This document shows, piece by piece, positions 9,123 through 18,889 of a stretch of 64,000 nucleotides of DNA. Source of the stretch: Candidatus Izemoplasmatales bacterium (lineage in GTDB: Bacteria > Bacillota_I > Bacilli_A > Izemoplasmatales > Hujiaoplasmataceae); contig JBMNEZ010000001.1 in NCBI GenBank assembly GCA_050949045.1, positions 1,120,001 to 1,184,000 of the forward strand, read 5' to 3'. The position numbers were made by a program, and so were the translations under genes. The notes under the pieces are model-generated. The model saw only the letters and a program-made list of their open reading frames with translations. It ran no database searches and was not told where the DNA came from. Each line of letters opens with the position of its first letter. Position 1 is the stretch's first letter.

Positions 9123-10970
9123 TTGTCTTTTCAAGAAATCAAAATTTCCGATCAATCCCGCTTCAACAAACTCCTTGACGGAGCCTCTTGGCTATCACAA
9201 TATCAAAACAGCGAACTTGAGTTCGCTAATTGGTATGTCTATGCCACTTCCGACAACGTTCGGATCTTGTGGATGGTCGATTACGCCATCATCAGTTGTA
9301 ATACATACGGCAGAACCGTCTATCTTCCCCCGGTATGTTCCACCGCCGAGGCCTTCAAGGCAGGGCTTAGGAAACTCAGAAAACTAGCCGCGATTCCCGT
9401 AATCGTTGGGATCACCCCGGAGATGTTGCCGTTTTTCGATGAAGATTACATGCTTCTTCTCTACGATGATGTTTTAGCGGAGTACATCTATAACGCCAAG
9501 GATTTGGCCACCCTCAAAGGTGCCAAATATCACAAAAAACGCAACCTGTTCAACCAGTTTCAAAAAAAATATCGGTATGCCCTGACGGATTATTCTCCAA
9601 AAGACCGAGAAGCGGTGCTGGCTTTTCTTGACAAGCATCAGCGTCAAGGAGGCTCTCCTGACGACTTCAAAGCGCTTTGCAGGGCTCTTGACCATCTTGA
9701 TGCGCTTGGCTTGTTTGCGGATCTGCTCTGGGTAGATCAAAAAATCGTCGCTCTCAGCATCGGCTTACAGAGTCGCTTTGGCGATCATGGCATCGTCCTT
9801 TTTGAAAAAGCGGATTATGAAATATCAGGGGGATATGCGGCTATCAATACCCTGACTGCGAAGAAACATTTCCTGAACACAAAATATATCTCCCGTCAGG
9901 ACGACTACGGCGTCCCCGCCCTAAGAAAAGCCAAACACTCATATCATCCTCTTTATAAGACAAAGAAATATGCCTGCATAATCGATCGTAAATATCGCGA
10001 TCTTCATTCTTTGTACATTGAAGCCTTCATGGATTCCAAAAAATATGTAGACCACTTCTTTTTGTACCAGTCAGCGCCGGAAAAGACGGTCACTGTCGAA
10101 ATGGATGATCGCGTTGCTTCCGGCCTCCATTTGTTCACACGGGATCTGGTTTTCGGTGAAAAGCACCTGAAAACTGCCTTTATCGTCGGCGCCGCCACCG
10201 CATCCCAAAGACGAAGACAAGGCTTGATGCGCCAAGTCATGAAAATGACGCTCGCTAAAGCTTACAGGGATCATTATCCTCTAATTGCCCTCTCTCCTGT
10301 CGATCAAGCTTACTATGAACCATACGGTTTTGTCTCCTATGCTTTCATGGAAAATCTGCCCGATCATTATCCCATGAAACCATGTGTTTTGGCGGAAACG
10401 GTCGATCCTGACGTCCTGAATAATCTATACCGTCAAGCGACAAAAGGCTTTTCCGGTCAAATGCTCAGAGACAGACAAAGATGGATCGAATACATGAATG
10501 CCCTAGCTCAAGACGAGGTGTTGTTCTATCTCATATTGGCTGATAAAACGCCGATCGGCTATCTTGCGGCCTCGGAAACCGCTGTCGAGGAATTGTGCCT
10601 AGTACAAGAGGTCTGTCCTCTTGTCGAAGGCTATGACTTTCAAAAGATCCTGTTGCCCTCGCCATCGGGAAGTGTGCCCTCTGCGATGGTAAGAATTGTC
10701 GATCTCACTACCTTTCTCAAATCTTGCCCCATGCCAAAAGGACTTGAAATCCAAATCAAAGTCCGTTTCATCGACACCCTCATCAGCGAGAATAACCTAA
10801 CTTTGAACCTTGAATGCCATGACGGTTCCTTAACCATTTCACCTTGCGAAGAATATGATGTTTCGATCGATATCGATTCATTGAACAAGACTGTCTTCAC
10901 CAAAGAAAAAGAAGGCGCTCTCGCTTCTTTGTTTCCCGAGAGAAAATTCATCTGTTTTGACAGGTATTGA
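9123..10970 (+). CDS. DUF2156 (aminoacyl-PG synthase C-terminal-like) / Eis-like GNAT acetyltransferase fusion
   Basis: N-half: EYIY...L.G.KYHKKRN, FEKA, RQDDYGVPALRKAK.SYHP. C-half: VGAAT...RRQGLM, YYEPYGF and an SCP2-like tail. TTG start after AGGAG. Confidence 0.75.
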   Translation: MSFQEIKISDQSRFNKLLDGASWLSQYQNSELEFANWYVYATSDNVRILWMVDYAIISCNTYGRTVYLPPVCSTAEAFKAGLRKLRKLAAIPVIVGITPEMLPFFDEDYMLLLYDDVLAEYIYNAKDLATLKGAKYHKKRNLFNQFQKKYRYALTDYSPKDREAVLAFLDKHQRQGGSPDDFKALCRALDHLDALGLFADLLWVDQKIVALSIGLQSRFGDHGIVLFEKADYEISGGYAAINTLTAKKHFLNTKYISRQDDYGVPALRKAKHSYHPLYKTKKYACIIDRKYRDLHSLYIEAFMDSKKYVDHFFLYQSAPEKTVTVEMDDRVASGLHLFTRDLVFGEKHLKTAFIVGAATASQRRRQGLMRQVMKMTLAKAYRDHYPLIALSPVDQAYYEPYGFVSYAFMENLPDHYPMKPCVLAETVDPDVLNNLYRQATKGFSGQMLRDRQRWIEYMNALAQDEVLFYLILADKTPIGYLAASETAVEELCLVQEVCPLVEGYDFQKILLPSPSGSVPSAMVRIVDLTTFLKSCPMPKGLEIQIKVRFIDTLISENNLTLNLECHDGSLTISPCEEYDVSIDIDSLNKTVFTKEKEGALASLFPERKFICFDRY

Positions 10971-11029
10971 AATTTCAACTTACCCAGTCAATCAAATCAA
11001 TATAGTTAATAGAGTATAATAGCATAAAG

Positions 11030-11065
11030 AAAAGTCCAACCGTCTTTGAACCCGGTTGGACTTTT
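11030..11065 (+). terminator. Intrinsic terminator
   Basis: aaaagtccaaccg...cggttggactttt hairpin. Confidence 0.7.
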
Positions 11066-11117
11066 GGATAATGAATAGCTTTTTGAAAAAAGAATAACAG
11101 ATGTTCAGAAACAAGTT

Positions 11118-11146
11118 TTCACAGAATGTTTAGACATATTTATAAT
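11118..11146 (+). promoter_or_regulatory. Promoter for MFS-GH2 unit with palindromic candidate operator in the spacer
   Basis: TTCACA-17-TATAAT; ATGTTTAGACAT at 11126..11137. Confidence 0.55.
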
Positions 11147-11199
11147 ATTTGAACATAATGTTATACTTAAACCAACAGGACAAAGAAGGAGATTGTGTG

Positions 11200-12531
11200 A
11201 TGAGAGAAAACACTAAATTATCGAAACGGATATGGCTTGTTTTCATCATTTTTGGTCTGATAGGACAAATGGCTTGGACGATAGAGAATATGTATTTGAA
11301 CGTCTATATCTACAAAACAGTGACTTATGATTCCAACGCAATTGCGATTATGGTCGCATCAAGCGCCATCATCGCAACGCTGGCAACCTTAACCATGGGA
11401 GCCCTGTCGGATCGATTAGGCAAAAGAAAAATCTTTATGACCGTCGGCTATATGATTTGGGGAGTCTCGATCATTGGTTTTGGGTTCATCACCAAAGAAA
11501 ATGTCGCATCAGTATTTCCCAATTGCAATGTGATTCCTGTGACCATCGCCTTGATCATTTTGCTTGATTGTATTATGACATTTATCGGGTCGACCGCGAA
11601 CGATGCTTCATTTCAAGCTTGGGTGACCGATGTAACCATTCCCAGCAATCGCGGCAAAGCCGAAGGCTTGATCGCGACGATGCCCCTTCTGGGCATGCTT
11701 GTTGTTTTTGGCGTTTTCGACGGTTTCACAAAAGCGTCACTTTGGAAAGAGTTCTTTCTTATCATCGGCATCATTGTGTTTGTTTCGGGATTCGCCGGTC
11801 TTTTCCTGATCAAAGATCATCCTATTGAAAAAAAGGACAGTCATTATCTCAAGGATTTGATCTATGGCTTCAAGCCTTCTACCATCAAAGAACATCATAT
11901 GCTCTATTTGGTCTACATATCGATCTCTATCCTGGGAATCGCCCAACAAGTGTGGATGCCTTATTACATCATTTATTTTGAATTTTATATCGGCTTATCC
12001 GACTATGTTCTCCTTCTGGGCGGCGTCCTTCTGTTATCTTCTTTGGTGAGCATTATCGGCGGAAGATTGGTGGACCGTTATGGGAAGAAAATATTCCTGA
12101 TTCCTTCGGTGATAGGCTATATCATCGGCATGACGCTCATGTTCATCCTCGGCATCACAATCAAAGACAATCTCCCGTTAACGTTTGCATTGACATTTAT
12201 ATCGGGCATTCTAATGATGGGCTCCTACCTGGTGTCAATGGTTATCTTGAACGCTCTTGGCAGAGATCTCGTCCCAAAAACGCATGTTGGTGTCTTCTCC
12301 GGCATCAAAATGGTCTTTTATGTCATGATCCCCATGGTTATCGGACCTTTCATCGGCTCGGCCGTGATCTCTAGGAGCCCATCGACATATGTGGATGAGT
12401 ACGGCATTTTACAATCCGTGCCGATTCCGGCTATTTACTTGGCGGGGGCGATCGTCTGTTTGTTAATCTTTGTCCCCATCTTTTTCGTGTATCGCCACAT
12501 AAAGAAAACCAGCCTTGCCAATGAGTCCTGA
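11200..12531 (+). CDS. MFS sugar transporter
   Basis: About 12 TM; GALSDRLGKRK and GRLVDRYGKK motif-A copies. Start placed at the ATG after AAGGAGA. Confidence 0.88.
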   Translation: MRENTKLSKRIWLVFIIFGLIGQMAWTIENMYLNVYIYKTVTYDSNAIAIMVASSAIIATLATLTMGALSDRLGKRKIFMTVGYMIWGVSIIGFGFITKENVASVFPNCNVIPVTIALIILLDCIMTFIGSTANDASFQAWVTDVTIPSNRGKAEGLIATMPLLGMLVVFGVFDGFTKASLWKEFFLIIGIIVFVSGFAGLFLIKDHPIEKKDSHYLKDLIYGFKPSTIKEHHMLYLVYISISILGIAQQVWMPYYIIYFEFYIGLSDYVLLLGGVLLLSSLVSIIGGRLVDRYGKKIFLIPSVIGYIIGMTLMFILGITIKDNLPLTFALTFISGILMMGSYLVSMVILNALGRDLVPKTHVGVFSGIKMVFYVMIPMVIGPFIGSAVISRSPSTYVDEYGILQSVPIPAIYLAGAIVCLLIFVPIFFVYRHIKKTSLANES

Positions 12532-12566
12532 TTGGCAAAAAACTAGCTAACATATCAATATGTCGG

Positions 12567-14348
12567 GTGATGAGAGTGAACCAATTACTTACCCTTTATG
12601 CAGAAAAACTGAATCCGGATGAGCTTCTCCAGGAATACCCCAGACCACAGCTCAAGCGGTCATCATATCTGAATTTAAACGGATATTGGGATTTTCATAT
12701 GTCGACCGAACCGGTATGCCATATGTATGATAGAAAAATTCTTGTGCCGTTTTCGCCCGAATCAATCTTATCGGGCATCAATGAGATTTTATATCCCAAT
12801 ATGTATGCTTATTATCAAAAAGAAGTGATGCTTGAACAGGCGTTCGTCAAAGATTTGATCATCCTTCATTTTGGCGCCGTCGACCAAAGATGCGACCTCT
12901 TTGTCAATGATCATCATGTCTTGACTCATGTCGGAGGCTACACTCCTTTTTCTGTCGATATCACGCCTTATATAAAAGATGATTTGAAACTTAAAATCAA
13001 TTTGAGCGTGACCGACTCATCCGATACATCCTATCATTTGACGGGCAAACAGCGCTTGAATCATGAAGGCATCTTCTACACTCCGCAATCAGGTATCTGG
13101 CAAACCGTTTGGCTTGAGTCTGTGAGTAAAGATTATCTGAAAGACATTACCATTAAACCTCTTTATGATCAGTCTGCGGTTTTTCTCGAAGTTTTTACAG
13201 ATCATTTTCATCCTTACATTGTTCATATTTACAATCATGACAATGAACTCATTAAAACACACGCAGCCGATTCTTTCAAAACGATCATTGAATTAGATTC
13301 CTTTATCCCCTGGACGCCAGAAAATCCATATCTTTATAATGTTGAAATCATTCATGGAAACGATGTGATATCATCCTATTTCGGTATGCGTATCTTTGAA
13401 AGAAAAAAAGACCACAACGAGATCATGCGTTTCTATCTTAATCATCAACCCTATTTCCAATCCGGTGTTTTAGACCAAGGCTATTATAGCGACGGCCTGT
13501 TAACGGCTCCGAGCGATCAGGCGCTGATCGATGACATCATGACGATGAAATCGTTGGGCTTCAACATGATTAGAAAACATATCAAGATCGAATCTCTCAG
13601 ATGGTATTATCATTGTGATCGGCTGGGAATGCTGGTTTGGCAGGATATGATAAGCGGTTCCGAATTCAAAAGCGTGGTTTTTCACCATGTCTTATCTTTA
13701 TTGCATATCCATTTGAGCGACCGCTTCAAAAAACTCTTCGGCCGAACCAATGCGGAAGGAAAACGACTTTACGAAAATGATTTGCGTATTATGCTTAATC
13801 ATTTGAAAAACGTTACATCTATTTGTACCTGGGTTCCTTTCAATGAGGCGTGGGGGCAGTTTGACACAGTGCGAATAACAAAACTCATCGGTGAACTTGA
13901 TGATACGCGGTTAATCGATCACGCGAGCGGTTGGTCTGATCATGGCGTCGGCGATTATTACAGCCGGCATATGTATTATCAAAAAATCAGATTCTATAAA
14001 AGATTGGCCAAAAAAAGAATCGCGTCGCTTACGGAATATGGAGGTTATAGCTTGCCAATCGAAGGCCATCGCTACAACAACGACAAACTATTCGGATATA
14101 AGTCATTTGAAACAAAGGAAGCCTATCAAAAAGCGCTTGAAGATTTATTTGTCAAGCATTTGATGCCCAATCTGGATAAAGGCTTGAGCGTATTGGTTTA
14201 CACACAACTCAGCGACGTCGAAGATGAAGTGAACGGTTTGGTCACTTATGATAGACGCATTTTGAAAGTTGATGAACGGCTCATGCAAAACTTAAACAGC
14301 CGACTCTATTCCAGGTTCAAGCAAATAATGCATTTGGATAATGGATGA
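12567..14348 (+). CDS. Glycoside hydrolase family 2
   Basis: EYPRPQ..R...LNLNGYWDF, LHFGAVD, SGIWQTVWLE, RKHIK, WVPFNEAWGQ (acid/base) and TEYGG (nucleophile). Confidence 0.9.
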   Translation: MMRVNQLLTLYAEKLNPDELLQEYPRPQLKRSSYLNLNGYWDFHMSTEPVCHMYDRKILVPFSPESILSGINEILYPNMYAYYQKEVMLEQAFVKDLIILHFGAVDQRCDLFVNDHHVLTHVGGYTPFSVDITPYIKDDLKLKINLSVTDSSDTSYHLTGKQRLNHEGIFYTPQSGIWQTVWLESVSKDYLKDITIKPLYDQSAVFLEVFTDHFHPYIVHIYNHDNELIKTHAADSFKTIIELDSFIPWTPENPYLYNVEIIHGNDVISSYFGMRIFERKKDHNEIMRFYLNHQPYFQSGVLDQGYYSDGLLTAPSDQALIDDIMTMKSLGFNMIRKHIKIESLRWYYHCDRLGMLVWQDMISGSEFKSVVFHHVLSLLHIHLSDRFKKLFGRTNAEGKRLYENDLRIMLNHLKNVTSICTWVPFNEAWGQFDTVRITKLIGELDDTRLIDHASGWSDHGVGDYYSRHMYYQKIRFYKRLAKKRIASLTEYGGYSLPIEGHRYNNDKLFGYKSFETKEAYQKALEDLFVKHLMPNLDKGLSVLVYTQLSDVEDEVNGLVTYDRRILKVDERLMQNLNSRLYSRFKQIMHLDNG

Positions 14349-14436
14349 TTTTTTAGTGGCTTTCCATAAAGTTTCCCAATGGCGATTGTGAACCGGTTGT
14401 ATTATCATATTTTTTATGTCAGAGAAACAAGTATGG

Positions 14437-14466
14437 AAAAAGGGCTGTTCAGATCAGCCCTTTTTT
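14437..14466. terminator. Bidirectional terminator between GH2 and purD
   Basis: aaaaagggctg-ttcagat-cagccctttttt. Confidence 0.8.
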
Positions 14467-14561
14467 GACATTAAAGCATTTCAACGACAAAATCATGTAT
14501 CAGGATTTTTTACATAACGCGTCAAATCTAACCGGTTTGTTTTTATTTGACTCCTTGGCCT

Positions 14562-15782
14562 TCAAAAACCGGCAATGTCTTTGCGAAAAAACAGTCCTGA
14601 GCTTTTGATTGACTCCACTTTTCGGTACGCTTCTTGCCTTGCGTCTTGTAAGGTTTTTCCTCTGGCGACCACGATCGCGACCCTGCCGCCGGCTGTTAAG
14701 ACATTTCCCTTATCCATCTTGGTCCCCATGTGCAGGACCAGCGGATCATCAAGGGGGATGTTGGTTGGCAGGCCCACATCATATTTCCCCGGATAGCCAT
14801 TGCTCGCAAGCACCACTCCCACAGCGGCTTCCTTGGAAAAAGACAGTTTTACAGTCTTTTTGTCGAGAAACCTGTGAATGGCCGGCAATAGTTTTGTCCG
14901 CATTCTCGGCAAGATCACTTCGGTTTCGGGATCACCGAATCTGGCGTTGAATTCAATGACTTTGACACCGTTTTTTGTCCACATCAACCCTCCATACAAG
15001 ACACCCGTGAAGGGGATGTTTTCTTTAACCAAAGCTTTCGCTACAGGGATCATAATCAATTCCATCGCCTTGCGGACGACTTGCGAGGGGATTTGGGGAA
15101 CCGGGCTGTAGGCTCCCATTCCGCCGGTATTTGGGCCAAGATTCCCGTCATGGACCCGTTTATAGTCCTGAGCGATTGCCAGTGGTACAACCTGATCCTG
15201 ATGGACCAAGGTCATCAGGGAGAACTCGATGCCTTGCAGGTACTCCTCGATCACAATCGCCCGATGCTTCTCAAGCAGTAAATCGCAGGCATCCTCAGCC
15301 TCTTTTTGTGACCCGGCTATCACGACGCCCTTACCTGCGGCGAGTCCATCGGCCTTGATGACGATCGGGAAAGTTTCGGTCTTGAGGTATTCTTTGGCTG
15401 ATCCGCAATCCGAGAACACCCGGTAAGCTGCAGTGGGAATATGATATTTGGTCATCAGTTCCTTGGCAAACTTTTTTGATGTTTCGATTTGGGCAGCGGC
15501 TTTGGAGGGACCAAAAATCGGACATCCGGCATCCGTAAACAAATCGACGATCCCGCGGGAAAGCGGTTCCTCGCTCCCGACAAACGTCAAATCGATCTTA
15601 TTGTTTTGGGCAAATTCCGCTAACTTTTCCAAGTTGTCAAGCGGAAGTTTTACGCATATGGCATCCGAAGCCATGCCCGGATTCCCGGGAATGGCGTAGA
15701 TTGCTGTTTTTGGATCATCCAAACGCATTTTTCGCACGAGAGCATGTTCACGCCCGCCGCTCCCGATAACTAGGACTTTCAT
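14562..15782 (-). CDS. purD: Phosphoribosylamine-glycine ligase
   Basis: MKVLVIGSGGREHAL, KADGLAAGKGV, GPNTGGMGAYSP, EFNARFGDPE. Confidence 0.97.
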   Translation of the reverse strand: MKVLVIGSGGREHALVRKMRLDDPKTAIYAIPGNPGMASDAICVKLPLDNLEKLAEFAQNNKIDLTFVGSEEPLSRGIVDLFTDAGCPIFGPSKAAAQIETSKKFAKELMTKYHIPTAAYRVFSDCGSAKEYLKTETFPIVIKADGLAAGKGVVIAGSQKEAEDACDLLLEKHRAIVIEEYLQGIEFSLMTLVHQDQVVPLAIAQDYKRVHDGNLGPNTGGMGAYSPVPQIPSQVVRKAMELIMIPVAKALVKENIPFTGVLYGGLMWTKNGVKVIEFNARFGDPETEVILPRMRTKLLPAIHRFLDKKTVKLSFSKEAAVGVVLASNGYPGKYDVGLPTNIPLDDPLVLHMGTKMDKGNVLTAGGRVAIVVARGKTLQDARQEAYRKVESIKSSGLFFRKDIAGF

Positions 15783-17296
15783 CAGTGTTTGAAGTGCCTG
15801 ATCCCGGCAAAGACCATGGGGACTTTCCTTTCATCACATACAACTATCGAGTCTTGGTCCTTGATCGAGCCTCCCGGTTGAATGATGGCTGCGATGCCAT
15901 GATCGATAGCGAGGGTGACCGTGTCATTCATCGGAAAGAAGCCGTCAGAGGCCATGACGGCGCCTTTGGCTTGGTCTTGCGCCTGCTCAAGGGCGATTCT
16001 GGCGGCGCCGACACGGTTCATCTGTCCGGCGCCGATCCCGATCGTCGTGAAATCACGGACGATGACGATCGCATTAGATTTGACATGCTTGACGACTTTG
16101 TATGCGAAAACCAGCTGGGCAAGCTGTTCTGCGGTTGGCAATGCCTTGGTTGGATATTGAAGTTCATTCATAAGCTGACGGTCGGCGTCTTGGATCAGAA
16201 TCCCTCCCTGTACAGAAACGATCACTGTCGGATTTTTGTCGTTTCCCGGATTGAATTCCAGCAAACGAATGTTCTTTTTCTTGCCGAGAATTGCCAGAAC
16301 CGGATCGGAAAATGAAGGCGCGAGGATAAGTTCAAGAAACATTTCCGCCATGGCTTTGGCCATTTTCTCGGTCGGAGGCTCATTGCAGGCGATGATCCCG
16401 CCAAATATCGAAACCGGATCTGCTTGATAGGCCTTTTCCCAAGCTTCATCGATCACAGTCGCCGAAGCGATGCCGCAGGGGTTCATGTGCTTCACGGCGA
16501 CAACGGTCGGCTGGTCGAATTCTCTGAGCATCATCAGGGCGGCATTGGCATCCTGAATGTTGTTGTAGGAAAGTTGTTTTCCGTGAAGTTGTTTCGCTGA
16601 AGCCAGCGAATAGGGATAATCGCCTCGTAAACGGTAAAACGCCCCTGACTGATGGGGGTTTTCCCCATAACGAAGGATTTCCTGGCGCTTATAAGTTAAT
16701 GTCAAGGACTCGGGATACTTCTCATTTCGAAAATAGTCGCTGATATAAGTGTCATACTCGGCGGTCAGTGAAAAAGCCTTCCCGGCCAGCCGGATTCTAG
16801 TTTCGATTTTCGTATCGCCATGATCGGCGAATTCTTCCAGAACAACCCGATAGTCGTCGGGAGAGACAAGCACCGTCACAAATTTGTGGTTCTTGGCAGC
16901 GGAACGGATCATTGCCGGTCCGCCGATATCGATCTTTTCGATTATTTCTTCCTTGGTTGCGCCCGGAGCGGTCATCGTCTCATAGAAGGGATAGAGATTA
17001 ACCACCAACAAATCAATCCAGCCAATGCCGTTTCGCGCGGCTTCGTCCTGGTGAACCGCTGAATCCTGTTTTCCCAACAAGCCACCATGAACCAGTGGAT
17101 GCAAGGTTTTCAATCTACCTTCAAAAACCTCCGGAAAACCGGTGATGTCTTCCACCGGTATGACATTCAAACCCGCCTCTTTCAAAACTTTGAAAGTGCC
17201 TCCGGTCGAAATGACCTCAAAACCGAGACTGATGAGTTTTTCTACAAAAGGCACCAAGCCGGTTTTGTCGTAAACGCTGATCAGAGCTCGTTTCAT
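15782..17296 (-). CDS. purH: Bifunctional AICAR formyltransferase/IMP cyclohydrolase
   Basis: RALISVYDK, KTLHP.VHGG, RYGENPHQ, KHMNPCG, IQPGGSIKD, RHFKH. Confidence 0.97.
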   Translation of the reverse strand: MKRALISVYDKTGLVPFVEKLISLGFEVISTGGTFKVLKEAGLNVIPVEDITGFPEVFEGRLKTLHPLVHGGLLGKQDSAVHQDEAARNGIGWIDLLVVNLYPFYETMTAPGATKEEIIEKIDIGGPAMIRSAAKNHKFVTVLVSPDDYRVVLEEFADHGDTKIETRIRLAGKAFSLTAEYDTYISDYFRNEKYPESLTLTYKRQEILRYGENPHQSGAFYRLRGDYPYSLASAKQLHGKQLSYNNIQDANAALMMLREFDQPTVVAVKHMNPCGIASATVIDEAWEKAYQADPVSIFGGIIACNEPPTEKMAKAMAEMFLELILAPSFSDPVLAILGKKKNIRLLEFNPGNDKNPTVIVSVQGGILIQDADRQLMNELQYPTKALPTAEQLAQLVFAYKVVKHVKSNAIVIVRDFTTIGIGAGQMNRVGAARIALEQAQDQAKGAVMASDGFFPMNDTVTLAIDHGIAAIIQPGGSIKDQDSIVVCDERKVPMVFAGIRHFKH

Positions 17297-17856
17297 CGCT
17301 GTTCCTCCTTAATCAATTTGTGAATGGTTTTGGGATAGAGTTCGTGTTCGATATTCTGAATCCCTTGACAAACAGCCTCTTCGTCAGCTTCCTCGGGGAT
17401 AATATACGGCTTTTGAGCGATGATTCGTCCCGTATCAATGCCCGAATCGACATAGTGGACGGTAACGCCCGTCACCTTGACTTTGTGGGTCATTGCCTGA
17501 CGAATCGCATTTTTGCCCGGAAAAGCGGGGAGGAGCGACGGATGGATATTGATGATGCGATCTGGATAAGCCTCAAGCAGGACCGCACCGCAAATCCGCA
17601 TATAGCCGGCAAGCGCGATCCAGGTAACGGCAAATGGTTCCAGTATTTTAACGATTTCCTTTTCATAGGCGCTTTTTGAAGAAAAATGCGAGGGTTCAAC
17701 GACAAAACTGGGGATTTTAAGCCTGTTTGCCCTTTCGACCGCATAGGCTTCTCGATTGTCGACGATCAAGACGGCAACCGTATATTCACGAGCCTGTTTG
17801 ACAATGGCTTCGAAATTGGATCCGTTTCCCGAAGCGAAAACAGCTATTTTGATCAT
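17293..17856 (-). CDS. purN: Phosphoribosylglycinamide formyltransferase
   Basis: ASGNGSNF, LAGYMR, NIHPSLLP, GVTVHYVD.GIDTG. Confidence 0.96.
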   Translation of the reverse strand: MIKIAVFASGNGSNFEAIVKQAREYTVAVLIVDNREAYAVERANRLKIPSFVVEPSHFSSKSAYEKEIVKILEPFAVTWIALAGYMRICGAVLLEAYPDRIINIHPSLLPAFPGKNAIRQAMTHKVKVTGVTVHYVDSGIDTGRIIAQKPYIIPEEADEEAVCQGIQNIEHELYPKTIHKLIKEEQR

Positions 17857-18878
17857 TTGAAGACGACTCCGGGCGTATTTGTGATTTCACCGGCGATGAA
17901 AGGAGTCTCGCCGTTTGCTTTAAGCAAGTCCATCGTTTTTGAGACATCATCTCTCTCTACTACGAGTGCCATCCCCATGCCCATGTTAAAGACATGATAC
18001 ATGTCCATCCGGTCAAGCCGGCCTTTTTCCGCCAACCAAATAAAGACCGGCGGAAGCGGGATCGCTTCAAGATCAATCGCAACTCCCAGTCTTTTTTTCA
18101 ACATACGCGGAAGATTCTCGTGAAAACCGCCTCCGGTAATGTGGGCGATGCCTTTGACCTTCACTTCCCTGATTAAAGCAAGGATCGGTTTCACGTAGAT
18201 TTTCGTTGGTTCCATCAATGCTTCTTTGGGAGTGGACTTAAGAACCGGATCAATCTTATCCAAGTCAAGCGAGCGGTTCTTTGCCAGTATCTTCCTAACC
18301 AGCGAATAGCCGTTTGAATGGATACCGCTGGACTTGAGCCCGATGAGGATGTCGCCTACAGCCATTGCGTCCGGTTTGATGATTTTTGACCGCTCGACGA
18401 CCCCGACACAGAAGCCCGCCAGATCAAAATGGCCTTTCCGGTATAATCCGGGCATCTCCGCGGTCTCGCCGCCGATCAGGGCGCAACCGGAAAGCACACA
18501 GCCTTCGCTGATCCCTTTGATCACTTGTTCAACTTGATCCGGATCGGTTCTTCCCGAAGCGATGTAATCCAAAAAGAACAAAGGTTCCGCGCCGGAAGCG
18601 ACGACGTCGTTGACGCACATGGCAACGAGATCGATGCCAACGGTGTCAAACCTTTCAAATGCGGTTGAAAGCAGCAACTTGGTCCCGACACCGTCGGTCC
18701 CGGAGACGAGTACAGGATCATGATATTTCTTCAAATCGAGGCCAAAGAGACCGCCAAAGGCGCCGATGTCGCCGATGACACCGTCACGATGAGTCTTTTT
18801 GGCATATTGTTTGATTCGCTTCACGACTTCATAGCCCCGATCAAGGTCTACTCCGGCGTTGGCATAGGCTTTGCTCAT
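17853..18878 (-). CDS. purM: AIR synthase
   Basis: Y..AGVD, TDGVGTK, GGETAEMP, SGIHSNGYS, AHITGGG. Confidence 0.97.
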   Translation of the reverse strand: MSKAYANAGVDLDRGYEVVKRIKQYAKKTHRDGVIGDIGAFGGLFGLDLKKYHDPVLVSGTDGVGTKLLLSTAFERFDTVGIDLVAMCVNDVVASGAEPLFFLDYIASGRTDPDQVEQVIKGISEGCVLSGCALIGGETAEMPGLYRKGHFDLAGFCVGVVERSKIIKPDAMAVGDILIGLKSSGIHSNGYSLVRKILAKNRSLDLDKIDPVLKSTPKEALMEPTKIYVKPILALIREVKVKGIAHITGGGFHENLPRMLKKRLGVAIDLEAIPLPPVFIWLAEKGRLDRMDMYHVFNMGMGMALVVERDDVSKTMDLLKANGETPFIAGEITNTPGVVFK

Positions 18879-18889
18879 TAGGTATCTCC

